This document shows, one piece after another, positions 39,301-47,760 of a stretch of DNA of 64,000 nucleotides. The position numbers and the translations under genes were made by a program. Source of the stretch: Perna viridis (Eukaryota); assembly GCA_037379345.1 (NCBI GenBank), contig CM074515.1, positions 29,016,001 through 29,080,000 of the forward strand, given 5' to 3'. Within the stretch, counting starts at the first letter, position 1; each line of letters opens with the position of its first letter. The notes below the pieces were generated by a model, which searched no databases, was not told where the DNA came from, and saw nothing but the letters and a program-made list of their open reading frames with translations.

Positions 39301-42300
39301 AAGGGAATGTAAACAAATATCATATTGTTACATAATGTATAAATTCTAATACAAATTACTTGGCTTAATGTGTTATGTATGTAACCATTCCAGACGAAGG
39401 CAAGCACTATGCTCAATAAATGCATTACAAAGGATTGCTTCGCTTTATTGTTTGTTTGCCATGCTGCCAATGTCAGATGGATTATGATCTCTGTCCAACT
39501 TTCCCAATTAGACTAACAAGTAGTCGGATATTCTATCTTGAGTTTCCTTGTTGTAGATAATAGGATTGTTTTACTAAAAAGATACATTCCAAACTTTTCC
39601 CAAAAATTAACCGTCCTACAAATCACAAAAAAACATTTTCTAAAACTAAAAAAAAATATTAATAAGACTTTGATTTCATCAACATTTCGGGTATTTTAAA
39701 TAGTCATGCTGTTAAGGAAACTATCCCTGCTTATTTTTTTTATAAAAGTCAACCCGTAAATATGTCTTTAATTATAGTGAATTATGCAAGATGTCAACGT
39801 CCAGGAAAATTCGCCAATATCTTGAAATTGAAGTAACTCAAAATTTATTTATGGACCCTATTTCTATGTTATTAGCGGTAATTTGAATATCGTTAACGAC
39901 ACATTTCTTCAAAAAAGAACTAAATATCGTCCTGCAGCCACGATCAATTGAAATAAATCTCGTTACACCACTCCATTCGTATTGTATCAAATGAATAAAA
40001 TGTGAACAAGTAGACAATAAAGCACTATTAGATTCTGACACAAAACATTTATGAAAATAGTTGACATCCGGATGAACATTTTGAGGAGAACTTTACTCCT
40101 AATAAACAACATCCACACCGTAATTCCCCAAATAAAAACAATTTGAAAGGACTCAAAGAATTAGTTTTTGTTCGTGCTGATAAGGCTGTAAATAAGAATA
40201 TTATAGCTATTTGTCTTAAATTTAGTATTGGAATTCTACGAAAAGAAATTACTTCACCAACATTACAACTGATTAAATTTTAAATAAGCACAAACTTGTC
40301 GCTTCCCTACAAGCCGAGCCATGTATCGTAGAAGTTCCTACTATCTACTGGCTTCCCAAACTTACAATTTCCTTATAAATATAGACTCCTTTCTTCAAGT
40401 CACTGTTCCACTAGACTTTCTATTTTACTTACTGTACCGCTCGATACCATAAAATCTGATTATAATTGTTTGAAACAAAACTTATGAAAATAGTGCTATC
40501 AACCATTTTTGGAGTGTTAAAAAACTCGCCTGCATTGGTTGATAAATTTTATGCTCATTTTGGATCTTTCGAATCTGCTCAAAGTTTTGATTTTTCAATA
40601 TCATTTCCACATAATCTCATAAAAAAATCATATTCTATCAAATGGTCATTAAATGAATCGAGATATGAATGTATTTGTTAGAATTTTTTTAACCATTTTT
40701 AGTAATGAAAAACATCAAAACTACGTTAGTTGTTTTTTTGTTTTTGTTTTTTTTTTTTTTTTCGATATGCTTACAACACACGAATTCCTGTTAGACAACA
40801 TTTTCGTACGCTTTGACGAAACTGTTTATTGTCAAGTTATTGGATTTTTGCAGATCTCTTTTGACTGTTACGAATCACAATGTATGGTTAGGATAAATAA
40901 AGTCCCTTTCAATTAACATTGTTTAGGCAACTTAATACTACCTTTAGATATTTGGTTTTTGGCTGTAAATAACGATTACATCAATATTTAAACGAACGAT
41001 ATATATATCCTGTAGAACTGTCTTTGAGTAAAGCTGATATTAATGTTGATCTTAGTATTCATATCGATAATAGTAAACTTAACACTAAACTTTACGATAC
41101 AAGGGATTTTTTTTCATTTTCTGTTGTCAACTAATCGTTTTTTAGATGGTGACGTCCCCTTGTCCCCATCATTTGGTGGTTATATATCACAATGGGTTTA
41201 ATTTTCTTCTATTTGTAACAATGTTTCGTATTTTATCGAAATAAATCATAATATATCGGAGACATTACTACATCAAGGTTTTCGATATCACAAGATCGTA
41301 AAACATTCACAGTTTTTTTTTCAACCTATACAAGATAATCATTCTCAAATACAGATGTATTGGAAAGGATTAATACATGCGGGTATATCTCAGTCTGTTT
41401 CACGCACGGAAAGCTCGATACGCACCCGATAAGTTAACTAAACCGTTGAATAAGCTCATTCGTAATGGATATAGTTATGATATTTCTGTCACATCGCTTA
41501 GGATATCATTTTTTGGTGTTTACATTGATTCTCTCATAGAGTCTATACATAGAAATTAAAACACCATTTGAAAGCAGTTCTTGGTATGACATGTTCTTGG
41601 TCCTTATTGTATGACTGCATCATGTACCGTGGTTTGCAATCTCACATGTAAAGAATAAGGTTTGATTTTACAGATTTGGACATTATTTTTTGTAGGTTTA
41701 AACTGGTCTGGAGCTAAATGCCAGTTAACTGCTAGTAGTCCTTAGTTTGTACATTTTGGTAATTTATGTTCAGTTCTTTTATTTCCATTGTAACGAGGGA
41801 CTCGTACCTTTTTAAACTTTACCCCCACCCCCTCCCCCCGGCAGTTGTTGCGCCTGCCCTAAGTCAAGAATATCTGGCCTCTGTTTATCTTGTTTTCGTT
41901 TCACCTTTAGATCATTTGAATCTTGCTTGAGTATACATGGCCAACTGTTTTGTTTTACCTGTGTATAATGATGTCATGGGGCCGGCTTCAGCCTGCTCTA
42001 TGGTGTGAGAGTTTTCTGGTTGTTCATAGAAGACCAATGAATCCTTCGACTGAAATTTTCCTGAAGGTGGGGTTTTTGTGTCTTTAATATATTCTAAATA
42101 CCCATTTTCGATTTATATATTCAACTTAAGGATTATCTTTTTGATTTATCAAATGCACTATTTATACTCAAGCAAATATGTAGGATATCGGTTGTTCGTT
42201 GTATTTATCGTAAGAACATATCGATTTATTTATTTTGAGCAGTTATATAAAAAAAACTCTTTTTACATTTGTAAAGTTGTTTCTTTGCAGTCGACTGTAT

Positions 42301-44375
42301 GATATCAAAGAAGTTACCGGTAATTTCTAATGATAACCTTACAAAAATGTCAATGCAAAACGTTGCCTATACACACAATATCTTCTGTATCGAACGGCTC
42401 GACAAATTAAAAAAAAGCATTTCATCGGAATAAGCTGGCCTTATATATTCGATCTTGATATTCTTCTTTCAGGCTTAACCAAATTAAAGGAAACGCAGAA
42501 TATAACTACATTATCAGTGGGTAAGAAACCATCTTTAAGTATGATAAAAACATTTGTATCGTGTCTTAGCTTCTGCCGACTAATATATTGTTCTATTTTT
42601 ATTTTTTTCCATCTATGTTTTCTTGAACTTTTTAAGTCAAAGAGTTTCGATGTTGTTCAGAAAACTGTTTGCTATTTATTAAAAACGGCAATGGTAGCAT
42701 GTCTCAAACATCATCGTTGATTGCTGATTGAAATTGCTTTTTGGTATTTAAAATCTGCAATTTGTAATTTACATCTATGCTGACTGCTGATATGTCGAGT
42801 AAATCAAATCCCAAATATTATCGCTTGGTAAAATTTAACTGGTTTAAACTAGTCAGACTGAATAGAGCCTTATTTAAAAGTAACGCTCGGTGTTGAATTT
42901 CCTCTTTGTTGGACTTTGGCTAAGTTTTTAGATTCCCGAAATATGTTGTTTCAATCAACACATAAATACTTTTTAACATTACGCTGATTTTGTCCAAATT
43001 AATCTTAACTAAGATATATTTTATTTAACATTCTAAATAAATTATACCTCAGAACAAGATATTGACTTAACAACTGGTATCTTAGGAGAACAGGGGGATG
43101 AGACGTTTTTATCAGGTTAGTACTTTGCTGTCAAATATATGTCTTGAAATGTATCTATGCTTTAAATATTAAGGTTCCATTTAGAATATAGTTCATTGTC
43201 TATTACATATCGCCATAAAATAATATTGTAGATTTTTTGTTTTAAATCTAATATCATTTTGTTGACCAAATGTTGTGTTGGCGTGGCAATAAAACCGACT
43301 TGTTTTATAGTTATGTTAATCATTTACTTTTCTAGGCCTGAAAATGTATGAAAAATTTGTGCTTTTTGGTATGGCAGGGGCAGGTTTTGTTCTTTTGTTG
43401 GCTTTATCTATCACATGTAATCTGTGCATTAATCGCAAATGCAAGGCTGCAGAAATCAGTGTACCAACTGAACGGATGGAACAACAAAGTAATCAAGAAG
43501 ATCCACAAAGTACAATACAAACTTCTTCATATGACTACATTGACGACAACGATTTACTAAGCTATACTGATCTAGCACAAAGAATTGTTTCGAGCGTACC
43601 AAACCAGGAATCTAGAGCTGCGAATAGCATCGTGTCTTCTGAAAGATCCTATGTCGTGCCTGAGGACCACCCAATAAATGTACAACTTCATACGTACCAA
43701 TCGATGAAGGAAATAAACAATACCGAAGCAGTCCATCATTATATGGAAATCAAAAGCTCAAAAGCTCCTTTTGTCGCCATTTGGACACCTGAATGTGAAA
43801 GAACATATCATCGAAACTCTCTTGGCGACCTAAAACATATTTATGGTGGTATAGATACGTCTTGTAAAAAGAGAGCCATTTGCAATTCTTGGCCACAGCA
43901 ATTCAGAACAAAATGCAAAGAAAGTGTGGTTAAAAACTTCTCAGTAAGTCAAATCGCACAAGACAGTGTGAATCCAGAAAAACGACAAAATTTATACATT
44001 GGTACAATTTTTTGTGGATCGTCACTTGAAGTAACAACCAGCAACAAAAACCATACCGACATTATAGATCTAGTGACTCGTGATGGAGTAGAAAATTTAG
44101 ACTATTCTCAGGTTAACTGTAATGGGTCTGACATTGCCGCAAAACCTGTTAATTTACAAATCTGTAGCGCCAATTATTGTGCATGTCCTAGAATCGATTT
44201 GACTGATAGGATTTGCAGACTAGTTGATAACCCATCCTATTTCAGTACTATCTCGAGTCCTTTATGTTTAAATGATGATCTGCACGGCTCACTCAAGGAA
44301 GATCCAAATGAATATTTTGGAGAAAACATTTCAAAGAAAGAAAGTAGACAGTACGAAAATATAAACCTGGAATGA
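24269..44375 (+). CDS. Single-Ig-domain type-I membrane receptor with mucin-like stalk and Tyr-motif-rich tail (~554 aa); join(24269-24308,24733-25074,28102-28167,34250-34315,42473-42520,43053-43115,43336-44375)
   Basis: All introns are GT-AG and phase 1, and the reading frame stays open (1665 nt); in-frame TGA upstream of the ATG; signal-like MLVNILCEMLLLLG; Ig signature; TM FVLFGMAGAGFVLLLALSITCNLCI followed by NRKCK; five of the exons have counterparts in the paralog at 58.9-64 kb. Confidence 0.75.
24733..25074 (+). CDS. Ig receptor exon 2: V/I-set Ig domain
   Basis: GETVVLEC...PIWRK...YFLKVHDITVDDLQNYFC (C-W-L-D-x-x-x-Y-x-C pattern); phase 1-1 exon with AG/GTGAGT. Confidence 0.9.
27022..27408 (+). 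mobile_element. SINE (Meta-domain-like family), 5'-truncated copy
   Basis: Homologous to the reverse complement of 53560-53905; core GCATGTTAAAGAACCC and tail GCTGAA.TT.TTGCTGCTCGAACGTTAAACCCC. Confidence 0.75.
28102..28167 (+). CDS. Ig receptor stalk exon (LETTMSDKDFTTEKKQKTTKLF)
   Basis: 66 nt, ttccAG / GTAAGT, phase 1-1; paralogous to 34250-34315. Confidence 0.7.
29270..31248 (+). mobile_element. Penelope-like (Naiad family A) long decayed copy: linker plus RT
   Basis: FVNKGI..INLANIL, PPYFKEK, GHVVTGDL, VVVPADKAQNNIVFVCK, MWILKNSKD, TNCAPLLADIFL, FRYIDDVL, SQLMRYATAC; a more diverged RT remnant lies immediately upstream (~28900-29230). Confidence 0.85.
31250..32966 (+). mobile_element. 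Non-autonomous element with (CCCATTG)n subterminal repeats and internal satellite related to the 145-bp repeat
   Basis: CCCATTG-like arrays at 31258-31300 and 32870-32945; satellite at ~31750-32640; terminal ATGGGAAGTTTATCCCAT (32949-32966). Confidence 0.55.
33185..33541. mobile_element. Head-to-head inverted pair of the tRNA-Leu-like 408-bp repeat family
   Basis: Minus copy ~33205-33305 and plus copy ~33424-33515 (GCCTAGCTGGCTGAGTGGTCTAGGGCGCTGGA...AATCGAGTCCC), both homologous to 57840-57990. Confidence 0.75.
33592..33864 (+). mobile_element. Internally deleted SINE (same family as 53560-54049) with TSD
   Basis: Starts GCCCCGTGCAGGTC, ends CGTTAAACCCC(AACA)n; flanked by TTAGGAACATTT / TTAGAAACATTT. 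Confidence 0.75.
34250..34315 (+). CDS. Ig receptor stalk exon (VHTTMADIYVTKSFEIKTTDLF)
   Basis: 66 nt, polypyrimidine tract + tAG / GTGAGT, phase 1-1. Confidence 0.7.
35908..36198. mobile_element. Fold-back (inverted) copy of the tRNA-like 408-bp repeat family in a TA-rich site
   Basis: ACGTCTCAGAAT...CATCGGATCAAA.TGATAC at the left and its reverse complement at the right (~105-bp arms); TATATA on both flanks. Confidence 0.8.
38027..38162. mobile_element. Short MITE, TA-flanked
   Basis: TA-CACTCCTTGAGA...TCGCAAGGAGTT-TA inverted ends; internal CGTTT/AAACG repeats. Confidence 0.5.
38286..38440 (+). mobile_element. Naiad family A 3'-tail fragment
   Basis: CCGAGTTGCTCATTT...TTACTTTGTATGT...CCCTTCATTATTCTT matches the tail of 969-1130. 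Confidence 0.75.
38830..39094 (+). mobile_element. Naiad family A 3'-tail fragment
   Basis: GTCATAGTTTTCC...GGAGTCCGAGTTGCTC...CCTTGGTTCCCTTGATT. Confidence 0.8.
39470..42110 (+). mobile_element. Penelope-like retroelement, Naiad family B (decayed), with TGA-x-TGA at the CxC motif: candidate selenoprotein-encoding Naiad
   Basis: INKDFDFINISGIL, IPAYF, ENSPIS*N*SNSKFIYGPYFYVISGNLNIV, KYRP, ADKA, YWLPKL, FWSVKNS, FDFS, FLLDNIFVRF, YCQVIG, TKLYD, FLDGDVPLSPSFGGYISQ, LLHQGFRYHK; ORF ends at TAA 41557-59; ~550-bp 3' region. Confidence 0.8.
42473..42520 (+). CDS. Ig receptor stalk exon (GLTKLKETQNITTLSV)
   Basis: 48 nt, ttctttcAG / GTAAGA; homologous 48-nt segment at 62677-62724; contains an NIT sequon. 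Confidence 0.75.
43053..43115 (+). CDS. Ig receptor stalk exon (EQDIDLTTGILGEQGDETFLS)
   Basis: ctcAG / GTTAGT, 63 nt, phase 1-1; homolog at 63621-63689; acceptor appears shifted 12 nt relative to the paralog. Confidence 0.55.
43336..44375 (+). CDS. Ig receptor terminal exon: TM helix plus Tyr-rich cytoplasmic tail
   Basis: Longest ORF in the window (343 aa from 43344); acceptor tttctAG at 43334-35; motifs YDYI-x7-YTDL, LDYSQV, YMEI, YENI. Confidence 0.85.
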
Positions 44376-44482
44376 GTAAAATAATGAATATGGTTTATCC
44401 TTTCGTGTAGAGCTTTCTCAATTGTAAATATTTGTTTATTTTCATCTTATTGTTTCAGTAGATATGGAAGTTGTTTTGAAGA

Positions 44483-44754
44483 AGTAATCAAGGGAACCAA
44501 GGTTATATCGATAATCAAAAGACTGTAATCCAGGGATAAAGACCGGACATGGAAAATAGACACACACAAACTATAAAAGTAACTAAAATCATACATACAA
44601 AGTAACAAAAAAAATTGCAACTCCACTAAAAATTGGGAGCATGGACCATGTGTCCCGGTAGGGTAAGCGTCCTCAGCTTTATTATAAACACCCGATGAGT
44701 TGCACATAAAAAGTCAAGTCCGAGGTAAACGAAAGAGGAAAGGAAAACTATGAC
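44483..44754 (-). mobile_element. Naiad family A 3'-tail fragment just downstream of the receptor stop codon
   Basis: AGTAATCAAGGGAACCAAGG...GGGTAAGCGTCCTC...AAGTCAAGTCC. Confidence 0.8.
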
Positions 44755-46747
44755 ACCTTGGAATCTTGTATCGAAAGATTTTAAGACAAATCATAGTAAC
44801 CTGTACATTGTCAAGTTTAATAACATATTGGACAATGAATTGGATGATATTATCGTCCAATTCTGGCATCTGGTGTTTACGAGGTTTTTTTTTTTCTATT
44901 TTTGGTGGTAAATTATGTACATTGTGTTTGATAAAGTCAAATTAAATCAAATTTAGATGAATTGCTATTTCTATAGATTGCAGTTTAAAATACACAATAT
45001 AGAATCCGCCCATTGCTGATGATGTTTTTGTATCACAATCCTTTATAATAACAAAACAAAAACGTCAACCGAGTTTTATTTTTACTATAAGGACGGGGGA
45101 CTAATTCTTTTAAGCACCTTTAACAGAAGATGAATGTACCAAGATATACTGTTGGTATAACTTATTATCCTCAATGGTGTTAAAAATATTCTGGAATATG
45201 TAACATTTGATGAAACATTGCTAGAACTGATTATGTTTTCCATAATTTACAAAGTCAAGCCCTTCGTTGTTAAGGAAGGAAAAACACAATTAATTTTAGG
45301 TCATGATATGAGACAATTTATTGATATTCATTCATGCATATTCTGTTTTTTTTTCTTCGCTTGTACCTATTTAACAAAATGAAATTATTAGCATTTATTA
45401 AATATATACTCAATATAACTTATGTGTGAAAATCATTCGATTTTATTGCTGTGTAATTTAAAAAAGGCATAATGTAATGATTCTCCTTCCTTATCCAAAA
45501 ACAGTTGTACATATCTTTTACATATTGCATATATTTAAATAATATTGAAGTCAAGAATTAAATTAAAACATAAATGTCATGGCGTCTGTCGAAATTAATA
45601 AAAGCTATATGAAAAAATATACGACTTTTGTTGGATCAAGAATACAAGAGTTTATTGTTTGAATACTTACAACATGTACTTCATATTTCTCTTACATAAA
45701 AACAATAATTAAAAAACGTCTCGTAAAATTCGATTTCATTAAAAAAGAAATGCAAAATATCTGGTTATATTTCTCATGTTTTTTTTAACATCCGATTATG
45801 CATCATAGCATATAAATGTTTTGAATGTTGTACATGCATGTAGACATTCAACCTTTTCGACCGTTTCCTTCCTTGACTAAAATAGAAAATATTGATTTGG
45901 AAAAGGAAAATCAATTTTAAAATCCGACCTCTGATCCTTATTGTAATGCCAGAAATCTTTCCGTCCTTATGTGACCTTAAATACTGAATATAATAGTGAA
46001 TGGAAAAACAAAATGCTTAAATATTACCCCTCTGATGTCTATTTGAATTTTGTACCACTTTGCGTTAAAAATTGAATTAATCCTGAACAGGAAAATTATT
46101 ATTTAAGTAAAATTGTGTCCGAAAAACTACTCTTTTTATCCAAACACTCTTCAGTTCTTATCTAAATAGAACTCAATTTAGTTATTTTTAGCATTTGTTC
46201 TTAATTGTTTCTTTTGTTTTTATTCGGATGAATCGAATAAGAAGAAACAACCTAAATTCAGTATGATAATTCGATTAACAAATGCAGAAGAAACGAATTC
46301 ATCAAAAATGAAAAACAAATTCTTACTTTGAAAGTAATGATGCAATATATAATATTGGTAACACTTTTTTGGCATAATTGCACGTCAACATAGGCTGTTA
46401 CTATTGTGTGAATTTTTATCTTTAATATATTGTCAGCCAACATTCCGAGCTTCTGTTTGCGGAAGTACCTTATTTAATTAAATGTATATTGTAGATCTTA
46501 CTTCCTTTTCAGATGATATAAAACATTAAATCAGCCTATTTATGACAATATTCATATTGTTATATTTTGAAATTCTGAATAGTGCTTCACTATTGAGCAA
46601 TACTGTCATTTCGTATAACAGAACTAGTTTAGCCACGCTCCCCTAGTACGGAACTACTTTAATTGTGACCCAATACACTAAGAGCATGTATATAATCTAC
46701 AAATTTTGCTATTGATTATCAACGTTGGCAGTACTGATCGAGCATTA

Positions 46748-46989
46748 AAGAGTAATCAAGGGAACCAAGATTCTAGGGAAAATAAAAAAGAATGTAATTC
46801 AGGGGAAAAGACCAGACATGGCAAACAGACATACACAACAAACGAACACAAAATGACCAAAACAGTACATACAAAGTAACACAAGTAAATAAGCAACCCG
46901 ATCTCCACTAAAAACTTTGATCATATACCAGATACACCGGTAGGATATGCGTCGTATGCTTATCTAGAAACAAACACCGAGTTGCACAT
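46748..46989 (-). mobile_element. Naiad family A 3'-tail fragment (duplicated at 50598-50839)
   Basis: AAGAGTAATCAAGGGAACCAAG...CAGACATACACAAC...CACCGGTAGG. Confidence 0.75.
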
Positions 46990-47249
46990 TAAATATGTTG
47001 ATTTCAAATAACAAAGCAAATCTTTTTTATTTCATTTATTTTTTGTGTGTGTTTTTGAACTAAGCACTAAATAATTGTTTCATTTGCTGATAAGATTTTT
47101 GAAAATTAATATCTTTTGGTCGGTTTGCGCTGCAACATAAACGGTTAATTTAGCGTAAAGCGACCTTTTAAAGTCGTTTATATCTAATAGTCTAACCATA
47201 AATATAAATAATTCCTAAATAAATAGATGATAATTTACTATAAGCAGAA

Positions 47250-47760
47250 TAATCTAACGATTTACAAAGACACCTAGATTGAAATGATGAGAATTGTGTT
47301 ACTTGCAGACTTTAAGTTAATGTAAATTAACACACATTTTTGTTATGGCAGAATGCCCAATAACCATTTAAAACAATAACAGGCATATTGACATTGGGTA
47401 TGATTTTTAACTGTTTTTAGATATTTCTATCAATAAGCGGCAAGTTTCGAAAGCAATACAACTGCAAGTAGATAATGGCCGATGGGTTTTGACATTCTAA
47501 AAAGGGATAAATATCACAATTTATCAATTTCCTTCAGCTAGATTAATTTGTTAATACATGTTAATCTCTTTCCTCTATACGGCTTAGAAGTCAGTAGCTT
47601 TAGTATGTACTGTATTGAAGAATTACATCTTAAATTTGTAAATTATTACAATATTTGGAACTGACAACACCAATGTGATTGATAAATAGAGATATTGGAT
47701 GATACCCACATATTTTACACATGAAGCAGAAAATTGTCATTTTTTAAACTATAATTCAAG
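47250..47760 (+). mobile_element. Heavily decayed LINE RT C-terminal fragment (duplicated at ~51100-51610)
   Basis: Remnants PLYGLEV, IEELHLKF, TTP..I...IG.YP resemble the post-RT region of RTE-X/CR1-type LINEs. Confidence 0.4.

Noticed and set aside
39945-39996. TGA read as Trp (alternative genetic code) in Naiad family B
   Set aside because: Two TGAs fall at presumed Trp sites, but other Trp codons (YWLPK, FWSVK, IKWS) are TGG; simple G>A decay explains them.
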